From Azolla caroliniana (taxonomy: Eukaryota > Plantae > Polypodiophyta), in assembly GCA_043228905.1 (NCBI GenBank), contig JBHGNT010000015.1, positions 3,844,001 through 3,908,000 on the forward strand: 64,000 nucleotides of DNA, written 5' to 3'. The position numbers and the translations under genes were made by a program. Of the stretch, positions 24,471-38,512 are shown in pieces. The stretch's first letter is position 1; each line of letters starts with the position of its first letter. The notes below the pieces were generated by a model that saw nothing but the letters and a program-made list of their open reading frames with translations, was not told the origin of the DNA and ran no database searches.

Positions 24471-27400
24471 TCCCTATCCGCAACATCCAAGCGCATGAAT
24501 AGTCAAGCTTTTTTTTTTAGAGTTATCGTTGCAAAACTATAAGGTTGCCATTTCAACGTTTCTACCTTGGTTATCTTAGCTTCACCTTAAAGAACCATTA
24601 AAGCGTAACATGTCGACCACATATTTAATGATTCATAGGGAATCTTGCTTCTATATTAGAGTGATTGCATGCTTTTTAACAATCATGTTTGAAAATTTAT
24701 ATAGTTTTGATGAGCTACTAATTATATGGTAGAAATCAATAGATTCAATCTGAATCTGTCATCAATGTCACGTTTATAATAATAAATATAAAAGTAGCTA
24801 AGAGAAGATGAGATGAGCCAAAATTGAATCGGCACTAATGCAATATAAGTGGCTAAGTTGAAGCTAAGCATAGAAGTGTATACCGCTACAATTGAACATG
24901 TGGTTTTATCCACGATCATGTGATAACTTTCAATCTAAAAACAAACAAAGATGTCAACTAGGGAAAGGGTACTTATCACCCATATTGACGTTTCTTGACT
25001 ATTTATGCAGGTGTGGTGATATTCATGATGCGGACGTGGTTGAAGTCATGCACGCTAATAATAAATATATTGTATGAGTTTCTTGACTTGATCCTTGCAA
25101 CCTAGATGTAAGGTTTGAAGGTTTAATGATCTCAACTAGAAACATTCATGTTATATTGGATTTATGTTGAGGTGATTGATTATATACACATGAAATAAGG
25201 GTACACAACTTTATTGATGGATGCATAATGATAGGGATAGGTTAACACCTTAGTTTCTTAAAACAAGGTTAGTGTTGTCAATAAACAATATGTTTGATAA
25301 TAAACACTCATGCACTCACATTACCAAGATTAAAAGTGTGTCAATGTAATTGAATATCCTTTCATGTGACCTAATTAAAGGAAATGCCTAAATTTCTAAC
25401 TTGAAAGTTACATTATAGTAGAATTGTATTGCATGTTTTGTCTTTTGTGTTCATATTTTGGACCACTTAAGGACCACCTCTTTGATGTACTACACAATCA
25501 TCACAACCTATTATAATAATGGGAAGGGTATCTACCATTGGCATACATGTGAATCTTGAAAAGTGCAAATTTGATAGTTACGACTTCATTGTGAAGTGAT
25601 TCTATAAATGTAACTTGTAAAAACATAAGGGAATGGTTGTATCTCAAATAATGCAATAAAATTTTGAATTATTGGAGCCCATGATATAAACTCTCCAAGT
25701 TGACATGAAGATTCTATATTATTTTCACATTTTGTATGTTAATTGCATTGCAAAGATTCGATAATATTAATGCACACCATATTGTTGAGTATTTACCATA
25801 GTTAATCAAGACCCCATACTGATAACTTGCAATTGGGCATCTCCAAGAGTACCCTAAAGTTTTAAAAAATGACAATGGCCCAAACTTATGCCTATAACAT
25901 CTTGAAGTTTCCAAGAATTGCGATAAAAGACCTCCCTTAGTAGTCGTTGACATATATCAATACCCAACAACAAGCTCGCTAAGAGAGTAAATACTCTTGC
26001 ATTTCCCCGAAATGGTATGATCACAAATTATTACATGATGTTATAATAACATAAGAAGAGGTGTCTCACATAGAGAGAATCGTATATGTAAGGGCAAAAA
26101 ATCATCAAAAACATTGACAGAGTTGGTTTTTATTATTAAAGTAGTATAACGTGAAATAGAAAAATAAATACATAAAGGAAAATATCATCGAAGGCATTGA
26201 TGTATATCATTCTACCATTGTGTCGTGATATATGTGTATCTGTTAGAAGATCCTTGGCATGACATGTATGAGGATCATTGCATTTGAAGTGCAACACACT
26301 TCAACCAAGTTCCCCACCCTAAAAAACTAAGGAAAACAATCAACATTGCACCAATAGCACGCCATTCTCTCTCGCAAATATCTTTGTATTATATCATGTT
26401 TATGAATTGTATTCATATAGCGTTTATTTTTAGAGTCAATATTTGATCTTTTAACTCTTCTAACTTAGGCAAACATTTGGAAATAACCTACATTTCATTC
26501 CTCTTGCACACGCACACATGTATGCGAGTGAAGCAAACCCCACACTTTCCTACACCTATATATGCACATACTTGTATTCTTCCCCTTGTTCTTTGAATAG
26601 TTGCCCATCATCCACTCTCACTTTGCATGGTGAGCACCATTTCCCTCTACCATTTAATCACTTTCTCTTATATTTGTTGTTTCCCATGCTTTTAAAATAA
26701 CTACGTGTTGATCTTCCTGTCCCAACTTCTTAGTTAGAACTGTCGCCAAACAAATTTACAATACACCATATGATAGCTCCTATCTTCAAAGTGTTGATAT
26801 CACTAAAGACATAGTTTCCCAATACTCTTGGTTGTTTCTTCTTGCCATCAACACGCTCAAATGTTTTCTCTTAGTAATCATTGTTATTTTTAGGAAGATA
26901 GAGTGTCGTGAGTTTCTAACATAATAGATTATCTCCCACAATGAAATTTGATTTTTCTCCCCTTACTGAGTTTAGTGTCTTTCACCCTTTCCATGGCCTT
27001 TTCCCAAGTTTATAGCTATTAAGTATTTTTTTCACGTTTTATAATTTGTTATTGATTGCTCAAAGCAAGTTGTAGCTATGGCACCTCACATTATGGCAAA
27101 AAAAAAAAAGCTTCATAATGCAACATAGCTAGGTTTCTTGCATAAATTTGTGCCCATGTTGGAACGTTTAGAATCCATGCTTCTATTCTTACACAATTCA
27201 TTATTGTTTCTAAAGTTTGTCTCATGAGTGAGCAAATCTTTATATAATAAAAGTAGATAGTCAAATGGTTAGTAAACCTCTACAATGTACATTGTAATTA
27301 AGTAAGGGTGTCATATAATGTGTTTGAGCTTATTCGGTGTATAATGCAACAAAAAAAGTATATATAATTTTTATTAACACATGGATTCATTCAAACTAGT

Positions 27401-30108
27401 TGTTAAAATCAAGTGCACGCCAACATCATGCAACATGACAAAGGGAATACTTCGGAAATTCAAGAAATTGACATCACAGTAAGTATTCATTAAATTATTT
27501 CCGTTTGGAACTTGGAGGTTAAAATTCGTGCATGTTATTATCAAGATTATATGACATTTAAAATTTAGACACATGATAATACTAGAGTGTATCACGATCT
27601 ACACAATAAAATAAAATGCGTATATTATTTCCATATGACCTTTATGATTTTGTGATGTGCACTTGCAATATTCTGTATATGCATCATTTGAGTCTGACAT
27701 TGTATTTGGCTACTAACCAAGTATAGGCTACATTGTTGTACATGGAACAAACCAAGTATACGCTTTATGGGTTTATCCGAGGCTTCTGATGTACAACATA
27801 TTTTAGGGGTTGTATAATGTTGGTGAGGAATATGTAGCCTTAGATACAAGCAATATCAATGTTCCCTATGCCCATTGTGACTTTTGTAAAAGCTCGTCGT
27901 GACTTTTCCAAATGTGTATTTACGGTTACAAGCAACTTCAAAATATTCCTATAGCTCAATTTAAGAAAATGTTCCCCAAGAAAATATTTACAGAAGTTTT
28001 GTAATGATGAGAAGTACCGTCAACATCGTATTTAACGTTATTCCTTAGGAAACACAAGAGCCTTATAAGTTTACATATCTATGAAGTGATTTGAGATCTC
28101 CAACTTTTTCTTTCTAAAAGCTTGATGCCTCGTGATGTGAACAAGAAAGAGAATCCTTAGATGATATCTTGTATGGAACATAGATAATGCCTTAATTTGC
28201 GAAGGAGTTTAGTCAACATAGTCCCAATTAGTTTTTAAAGCTTACAAAATAACTAGTTATCGTCTATCAGTAGAAAGAAAAACAAATGAACAAATAAATG
28301 AATGCATGTGTGGGCATTCCCACTACCTGTAAATATTATCCATGGTCATTCTATGTCAAAGGAAACACTTACCAAAATCTCAAAACGTTTAGTGCATCAC
28401 ATCTTATTCATGGTACCATTTATTGTGAGTCAAATGTAGTATGTAACCATAGGATAAATAACAAATTTGATGAAGAATTCCTATCATTCATAATACATTG
28501 CCATATGAAGGAGATTTCACATTTAGCTTTTGATGCAAATGGTTGTCTGATTAGTATGCAACCAGAATAGTTTGGTTGTTGGACTAAGAAACATATAGGG
28601 ACATGAATAACAATAAGATATTACATCTCCACTGATTATTGACATGCATATGGTAATGTCCCCTCGATATCTCATTTATCTTTACAACTCTTGTTTGGAA
28701 TGTATTTAGGTTTGTTTGAACATCGCAAACATATAATAATTTTTTATATCGATGTGGATATCATAAGAATGAGAGAATAAAAATTATTTAACTAAATTTA
28801 CTTCAAAGTGTACACATCAGAAAAAAAGTTTACAATTCCGTGGCTCTTTGACTTGCATTTGATAAGTTATGTGTTTATCATACATCATGTCTATGGACCA
28901 TAACTAAGTAACCCTATGCAATATGATATTTAGGCACGCTTAATTCGAAGCGGAATAATATTGTTTTACCAATTGTAATGAAGATGTGTGCAACCTTTAC
29001 AAAGACCCATGGGCCCCAATAGTACAACAATATTGTAAAGGTTAGGAAAATCTTATAACTAAGACCATTAAAAGCATCGAAAAAAAACACTTGGACAACT
29101 AGACATGACATCAAAAGTTGGTAGTGAGAAAGGATAATCAAAGCTTAGTACAAAAGAAAATGCATGTCAGAAAAGGAAGCATGATCCACCATCCTAAGTA
29201 ACACCACACGCGCGCAAATGAATAAGAACTCTTTCTATTAATACTTCATATTATTGATGGGACACCTCCCATATTACACAAACAAATGTTCTTATTAAGA
29301 ATAATCTAGATTGTGTTCAAATGCCCAATATTAGACTATGCAAAAGAAATGGCAAAGGGGTCTAGGTTGTGCAAGAACCTAAGAGACAAAGAACTTTGAG
29401 AATTGACGAGCATGAAATCATAATTATAGATTGCATGCAAATATTGCAAAAAGAATTGTGTGGGAACAAGTCCAAATTCGATGGAGGGTTTCCGTTGCTA
29501 GCTCAGACCACCTGCAAATAATAAAAGCAATTTTCCTTCATCTTAGAAACACATCAACATGCAAGATCCCAAGTACACATTGCCAAAGAAACAATCGTGT
29601 TATCTATCCATACTTCACACTACAATCCTATTCATACTTTTTGCTAGGTATGTAATGGCCGACAAAACATACGTCACTCCTTAAGCCATGTTTGTCCACT
29701 AAAGGAGGCATAAGATATGCTACAAATTGAGTCATTGAATCTCACTCCATATGGGCAAGGTGACACATATCACTCACTAGATTACTAGCCCTAGGTCTTG
29801 GGTTCAAGACCCAATTTTCTCTATGACTCCAGACATATACTCATTGAGTGAGTCGTTAACTTACGAGTCCTAGGTCTTGGGCCAACACATGATTTGAATA
29901 TGGTGCTAGACCAAAACACATATTTGAACCTCCTTGTGCAACAAAGTGCCCAATGCAAATGACACTACAAGCTTTCAATTGCCTAGTCTATCATTTGCAA
30001 TCGTGCTTGTGTGTCAAAATATGAAGACATTCTACATCCTCTAAACAGGCCATGAGGTCCAATAACTCACGAACTAAAACAATATTTCAAAACATGGTAG
30101 AACCTACA

Positions 30109-30406
30109 CAAATTAAAAATATATACTTGCTTTCAATAACGACACAATATCGATGTTACGTGTATGTACATGGGTACTAGGGTAATTAAAAAGCGCTCAT
30201 AGTTAGTCAAATTAAAAATATATACTTGCTTTCAATAACGACACAATATCGATGTTACGTGTATGTACATGGGTACTAGGGTAATTAAAAAGCGCTCATA
30301 GTTAGTCAAATTAAAAATATATACTTGCTTTCAATAACGACACAATATCGATGTTACGTGTATGTACATGGGTACTAGGGTAATTAAAAAGCGCTCATAG
30401 TTAGTC
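30109..30406. repeat. Perfect 99-bp tandem repeat x3
   Basis: Units start at 30109, 30208 and 30307 and appear identical. Confidence 0.95.
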
Positions 30407-30669
30407 GTCTGAGAGACGAGAGACGCACAAATGGCATGCACATGTCATCATGACATGCGACAGATACAATAGATCCAATGTATGGGCATTTGTGCTATAA
30501 ACTTAGTGGAGCTAAAGGACGTGATGAGGCGTGAGAACACAAACATAACATGCATGTGGTGATACGTACGGTGTGGGACTTGAAAAGACCATCACCATTT
30601 AAACAACAACTTGCGAAATCATGAGAAAATGTCATTGAATTAACAAACAAACAAATGTCAATTCCATCC

Positions 30670-30715
30670 CATACATGCATACATACATACATACATACAT
30701 ACATACATACATACA

Positions 30716-30747
<32 letters not shown>

Positions 30748-30893
30748 CATATACATATACATACATTGATTGTACATACATACATAAATACATACACACA
30801 CACACATATTATACATATACATACATACATCATACATATACATACATTGATTGTACATACATACATACATCATACATATACATACATTGATTG

Positions 30894-30925
<32 letters not shown>

Positions 30926-31135
30926 TTATACATATACATACATACATCATACATATACATCATACATACATTGATTGTACATACATACATACATACATAC
31001 ACACACACACATATTATACATATACATATACTGTTATACATATACATACATACATACATACATACATCGTACATATACATATACATATACATATACGGTT
31101 ATACATACATACATACATACATACATTGTACATAT
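30670..31135. repeat. Compound (TACA)n/(CA)n microsatellite with higher-order units
   Basis: ATAC runs punctuated by CATTGATTGTA and CACACATATTA. Confidence 0.95.
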
Positions 31136-31215
31136 ATGTATTTGTTGTTTTGAGTAATTTTGCTGCAAAATTTAGTGCACCCATAATTTATACATATGTC
31201 GATGATTTGTTGCAG

Positions 31216-34200
31216 AATGTGAACAGACAGGGCCTCACTTCTGAAGAAGCTGCTCGATTACTCAGCAAATATGGACCCAACAAACTTGAAGAGAAACCTG
31301 TAAGACCTTCAATCTGTGTATTTTGCCTGATTCATGACGCTTATTCATTTAGCAGAAATCATTATTTGGCACCAGTCAACCCTTCATGTCCTCTACGCGT
31401 GTATGGGTTGAGAGAAACAACAAGCTCATCAAATGCCTATTAAAAATCTGGAAACTTGTTGAGGGGAGTGTGGCCAGCTTAATTTCTTTTTCGTAAATAA
31501 ATTCTCATCCGATAGCAGGTCCCGCCAGGTTCTAGGAATTGGATTATAACGAATCAATCACGTTTCCATTAACATGTATGATAGTGGCTTTGCGTATATG
31601 AATGTGTTTAAAGAGGAATGTAGAAGAACCCGAAAGAATATTTGAGTGCAAAAATGAAGAAAGAAATGACTGGCTCACAAAGATTGGAATGAAAAACAGG
31701 TGAGTATCACATTAGGAAGGCTGATGAAACATGGCTATGTTTCAGGCACTCTGTAGAGATTCTTGGCAAAATTTGTTATAGTTTTTCATAATACATTATA
31801 ATAATGGATATCATCTGACAAGTAATATTCAAGGAAGAATGCATGGATATACTCTTCCTTTTTTGGTAACGCATTATCTAAATGGACATTGTCTCTTTTA
31901 ATGACCAATGAAGGTGAACAAGAGATTATATCTGAAAATGTTGTGCTATCTAAGCAACAACAAGATAAGCCACATAGCCATTTGATGGAATTATATGGGC
32001 CCTTGAGCTTCTTTAAAATCATAACTCATAGACATGGACTTCCACTCCAGCACACAAGTAAGAGTTTGGATACATACAACCTGGTGAAGTTACTGGTGGA
32101 CAAATGCTCACATAAAAATTGATATCATGATGACTGCCATCATGATCATTTACAAGCACACTTCCAAAAGCTGGAGGTATTAGGATATTCACTCATGCTA
32201 TTGAGATTTGCAAACAGAAACCTAATGGATTTTTCAAACCTTAAAAAAGAAAATAATATATGAGCTCTTCTTGGGACATACTGTAAGAAAGACTGACATA
32301 ATCTGAGAGAGAAAGATGAAAGAAAGAAAGAAAAGTATATTAACATCTTTTAAGAGACCAAAATGGCCTATACGACCAAACAAGAGATTACAGCTTAAGT
32401 GTTGTCTCATCATTGAGAACAACAAACCAAAATAAATGTCACTAAGTAAAAAAAGTAAATACAATAAAAGGTGAGTAAAGTACCTTGTTATCGGTCCATG
32501 TAAGATTCTCTAGTCAGATAATTTGTAATTTTTGTTTTTGAAAGTTCGGTAGCAGAGGATAGATTAATGTCCATATATGAGGTCCTGATGATGAATTCAT
32601 CCTCCTATGATTGCAAAAAGTGTCTTATAGTGGGCTATTTTCCTATCAAGTGATGTTTTGGGGCTGATACTTGTTATCTTGTTTTGCATTGGAGTGTGTG
32701 TATGCCACCTTTTCCTTTCCCAAGAAGAATTTTGGTTTTGATCTTGTTACCCATGCTTAAGTAGTGTTAAACATCATCTCTCGAGTTTTATTGATGTTTA
32801 TCAACAAATCTTTGACTGTACAAAATACCTTGAAGGTGTTTAGATGTCTTTGTAGTTCCTCTGTGGAGTCGGAGATCAGCACAATGTTATCAGCATATAA
32901 GAATATCTGTATCTATACGTGCTAAGCATGCTCCCAAACTGCCATATCTGTCTGCAATGCCATATCTCATCTAAACAGATATCACAGAGAATGGGTGATA
33001 ATGGGCATACTTGTACTCCAATTGCACTAACCAGTCTCTAACAACCCATTGGGATATTGCACTTTTCATGACAGGGATTCATACAGTGCATATATTCCCC
33101 TTTGCATATTTACGGGGACACTAAGGACTTTTAACTGCTGCATGAGCCGAGCGCGTATGTTGGAGGCTTTTCAGAAATCCACAAAGCACAATCCTTGTTT
33201 TATGGGATATGCCCTCCTCAATAAGGTCTCGGAGGGTCAATATGTGGTCCAATGTTGTGAACCCTTTTGAAAGTCTGCATGTCCACCTGATCAACAGCTT
33301 TTTCTCTTTGGTCATACACTCAAGTCTGACTCTGAGATCAAGCCATTAAAATAGCTAAGTAATGGCCATTGCAAATTTGAAAGAACAATATATACTGTTT
33401 CACGATAATTATGAACTCCTCATTCACAAGAATATACCCTGGTGGTAGAAAGTGTTTTATTCTCTGGGTGGCATTGAACAGCCTAAAGTAATGGAGTAAC
33501 AACAATGATGGAATGTTGGATGAAGGTTTTTCATATCCACGTGATACATTATTGCACTGTCATATATTTTTAACTAAAATTTTGTAAGAGTTTTTAAATT
33601 ACCTGGACAGAGTATTCCATTACCATTATGTTACCTTCTAAGAGAAAGAAAGAAAGAGATTACATCTTAAGTGTTGTCTTGTCTTTGAGAACAACAAATC
33701 AAAATAAAATAAATATTACTCTGTAAACATAAAAGTAAGTAAGATAAAAAGAGACGAGGAAAACTGGTTTTCGGCACATGTGAGATTCTCAAGCTAGATG
33801 TATTGTAACTTTTTTCTTTGAAAGATCTCTAGCATAGGTTGATCCAGAATGGAAAGTTCTCCAGAGCGAGGGAAGCACCTGCGATGGCGGGAGATAATGG
33901 CTTCTATCTGTCGATGACAAGGGTGTTGAGGTCGTGGTCCACGGGGCTGGGGCCTACGTGCACGACAAATTGCTATTGCCCGATCAATTGTAACCCCTTT
34001 GTTATGTCCTGCTCAGGAGCCCATTTGTGTATCCCTTGATTGACTTGTAGCATTGGTAGGAGTGATGGGGTTAAAGAAAGTTGTGATTGTTCTTTGTGGA
34101 TGAGCTTGTGCGGCTGTATTTTTTAACAATATTTGCCGATGTCTCTTGAGCTCTAACAAGAAAAGGCAGACTCGATGGTACCTAGAACAATGGAAGTTAG

Positions 34201-37200
34201 AGAAATGGTCGATTGCCCTCAGTAAGCTCAATCCCCATCCAAACCATGTCTAAAAATGATTTCACGATTTACCAGTATTTGCTGAGAAAGAATAAGGAAT
34301 ATGATTCTTCACTTGTTTCTGATGTTGACTTCTTGTTCCTCTTTGGTCTGCTTAAGAGCATATATCAAGAAATTCTATGTCAAAGATGAAAGCATTGAGT
34401 ATTTGTGATTAGTGAATTTAGTGATGAATATCTTCTGTTTTGATTTGAGCAGGAAAGCCAGATTCTCAAATTTCTTGGATTTATGTGGAATCCTCTTTCT
34501 TGGGTCATGGAATTTGCAGCCATCATGGCAATTGCTCTTGCAAATGGAAACGTGAGTGGATTTTATATCTTGCTGAAGCTTTTAGAGTTTATTGATAAAT
34601 ATCTCTCATGTAGACACTATATTACAACTCTTCATGGAACAGAACAAACCTCCAGATTGGCAAGACTTCGTAGGTATCATTGTGTTACTCTTATTAAACT
34701 CTACAATCAGTTTCTGGGAAGAAAGTAATGCAAGCAGTGCAGCGGCCTCTCTTATGTCTCGCCTTGCTCTCAAAACCAAGGTGCTCATATTCCAAATAAT
34801 CACCAACTAAGTGAGATCTACATATCCATGCTAAGCTGACTTAATAAGGTATAGGTTTTGCGTGATGGAGAATGGACAGAACAGGATGCTTCTGTGCTGG
34901 TACCTGGTGATATTGTGAGTATCAAACTTGGTGACATTATACCTGCAGATGTTATACTTTTAGAGGGGGATCCTCTTCAGATTGATCAGGTAAATTCAGT
35001 ATACCAACTTGAAATGAGGGAATGAATTTATGGTTGTTAACTGATTCATTCACTAGAACCTTGAGATAAGGTGATTGGTTTTGAATTTAGCATATTTTTA
35101 CATCCATGCATCTGTGTGTTTCTTTTGCAGTCTGCACTCACAGGGGAATCTTTGGCAGTTATAAAGAGAACAGGGGAAAAGGTCCTTTCAGGGTCCATAT
35201 GCAAACAGGGGGAGATTGAAGCTGCTGTATTTGCAACTGGTGTGCATACATTTCTTGGAAAAGCTGCCCATCTGGTTCATTCCACGCATCAAGTTGGGCA
35301 TTTTCAAAAGGTCAGCCTTGAGAATTCATTGTATGGATGTAGGACGCTGGCATTCATGCATTGTTTGAAGCTAACTTTGTGGTCAAAACTTCAATGATGG
35401 ATAGCATACCAATTATATTGATTGAGATTTCTTTTCCATGTTATTGGATAAGCACAAAAGAATCATTCAAGAAAATGAAGACGAGAAGTGAGTGGTAAAT
35501 CCAAAATACAATGTGCATTATTGTTGCCTGTAGATTTTTGCGTTTGATACTGGGCTTCTAATTTCAGTACAACTATCTCCACAATACTTATGGAGAATGT
35601 GAATTTATGGTCCTCTCAATGTGCTAGTGGGTGAAGATAAGTTGCAGCTGAATATCAGCTGCATGTCATACTTTCACTTTGGATTGTTGAATCATGCACT
35701 TTCCTTTATTTCCAAGACCTAGATTTTCATTTGTGGCAGTTCTTAGTTAAATATCCTTTTTCATGAAAATAATAACCATTTTTGTAGAATACGTATGCTA
35801 AGTATTCTACAATATTCTAACGTTTTTTTAAGAATACGTATTTTATAGATAAAATACGTTAAATACTTCTTAAAATTAAAAAATATAAATTTCAAAAAAA
35901 ATAAATTAAAAAATTAAAAAAATGTTAAACTTTTTTGAAATGATAAATACTTGGTAAATACATAGAATATGACAAATTTTTAGAATACGTAGAATGCGTC
36001 AAATTTTGAAAAACTGCAGTTCTAAAACGTAGAATACGTGTAGAATACTTCGGCACATTCTAAAATGTATTCTAAACATAGAATACATGTTTTTTAACAA
36101 CTATGATAATAACCCAATTTGGTGGATCTGATGCAATGATATTTGTGTGTTTAATATAGAACAATTTCTTTCTGTAATAACAAAGATCTGCAGGATCTAT
36201 GTTTCATTTAATGTTGTTTCCTACTTGTTAATTTTCATTTTAAGTCTTGTATAATGCTCTTTTCAACTAGTTACAGTTTTTGAAATCGTTGAATTTCAGG
36301 TTCTAAAATCCATTGGAAATTTTTGTATCTGTTCCATAGCAGTTGGAATGCTCATTGAGATTGTTGTCATGTATCCTGTTCAACATAGGCTCTACAGGGA
36401 TGGGATTAATAACCTTTTGGTCCTCCTTATTGGAGGGATTCCCATTGCTATGCCAACTGTTTTATCTGTCACAATGGCCATTGGGTCACATCGCCTTGCT
36501 CAACAGGTAAAAGCAAAAGGATTAGAAATCTGTTGAAAATCATAATCCGGTTAAGAGGAGTTTGCATCTTTTTATATCTGGGTTGAACCGATGCTTTATG
36601 GATTGTTTGCTAGGGGGCTATAACAAAACGAATGACCGCTATAGAAGAATTGGCAGCTATGGATGTTCTGTGCAGTGATAAAACAGGAACTCTTACATTG
36701 AATAGGCTTACTGTTGAAAAACAACTTATAGAGGTAATCTTGGCTTGAACTGATAACCTTACTGCAACATACTTTTGAATGGGGAAATACAATACTCCAA
36801 TTTCATACCTGCATTAATCAGTGCATGTATATATGATTTTCAGAGAAGAGAATGTTGTATGGCACATGTTTTGTATAGGTCATTTTCATTTGAAGTTTTC
36901 ATAGAGGAATCCTCATGAAAGAATAGTTGAATATTCAATAAACTCACTTCCATTTCTGCTTCCAAGGTTCCAACTCAAAGAAATGGATAGCGTTATATGA
37001 TGACAAAGCATTCATGTTACGACAGCCAAAGGATGTATAAGCTGTATGAATTAAGACAACATGTCTTTTTAAGTAACAAAACAGTGTGTTGGAGCATTTC
37101 TTATCGTGAGGGAACAATTTCTCACTTGCCACTATTTAGGATCCCTTTGTTATGAAGATAAACACATTACGTGTATATGATTAATTGGGTAGTTCAAATC

Positions 37201-38461
37201 GAATTGATCTCTCAAGACCCGTTGACCTATCCAGGAAATTGTTTCAAGAGGATCATCATTTGTACATTCTTTTAATTAAAATAATTTCGTGTTTGACTCA
37301 CAGGTCTTTGAAAAAGGTGCAACTAAGGATAAAGTAATCATGCTAGCAGCTAGGGCATCTAGAACTGAAAACCAAGATGCCATTGACTCTGCTATCATCA
37401 GTTTGCTTCCTAACCCCAAAGAGGTGATATAGAAAAGAAAGAAAGAAAGAAAACTACATTACAGTGTTTTAAGAGGTCAAAATGGCCTGTAGGAACAAAC
37501 AAAAGATTACATACATCTTAACATGTTTTCTTGTCTTTGACAATAGCCAACCAAAATAAATAAATGTAATTAAATATAAAGTAAATAATAATAAAAGTGG
37601 CTAAAGAAGTTTGTTATCGTTAAATGTAAGAGTCTCAAGTCAGATTATATACCTCCAGCTTTTCCATTAGGATGCTGTTTTGTCTTCTAGGTAACTTTCC
37701 TCACCTAAGGATGTGGAAGTACCCATTATTTTCTGCCCCAAATTATATCTAATTCTAAAAGCATATTTGAATGATGCGTCACACGGTTCACAAACATTTT
37801 AGTCAGCCTATTACGCCAACGGATCAAAACAGAAAATCCTTACGGTTCAGTTTAGCCTAAGAAAATACTTGTTACCATTTAAATTGGTCCTTCCATTGCA
37901 ATAATGCCACAATTCTAATTTCAAGTGTTTCATCTGTACAATGTTTATTATTGCTTGAAGATAATGGCCACATACTTATTCACTGTTTGGTTGCCTCTTG
38001 TATGTGGATATTTGTTTGTCATCTAGACCTTCAAGACCAGAGGTATTTGATCTCCTTTTTGTTGAGTACTTTCTCAACAAATTTTATTGTTCCCTTGTAA
38101 GCACTTCTAGTTTGTTGTTTATTTTCTTAGCTTCAGTAGTTGTTGGAATAATTCTTGTCACACAATGCCTTTCGTTTTTATGCTCAGCATGCATTGTGTC
38201 CACTGCCTGAAAGTTCTTGTATTGTTTCACTTCTCTATATTGCACACAGAGAGAAAGAGAAAGAGAAAGAAAGACAAATGTAACGTCTTTTAAGAGGCCA
38301 AAATGGCCTATAAGACCAAACAAGAGATTACACCATAAGTGTTGTCTCGTCTTTGAGAACAAGAAATCAAAATAAAATAAATATTGCTAAGTAAATATAA
38401 AAGTAAATAAGATGAAAGGAACTAAAGAATCTGGTTTTCAGCACATGTAAGATTCTCAGGT

Positions 38462-38512
<51 letters not shown>

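Noticed and set aside
24500-30100. Decayed DNA-transposon (MULE/CACTA-like) coding remnants or a gene
   Set aside because: No recognisable motif, TIR or consistent exon chain; needs RepeatMasker or tBLASTx
30495-31215. Long His/Thr/Tyr/Ile or Met/Tyr/Val/Cys ORFs
   Set aside because: Translation artefacts of the (TACA)n tract; only 31216-31299 is a supported exon
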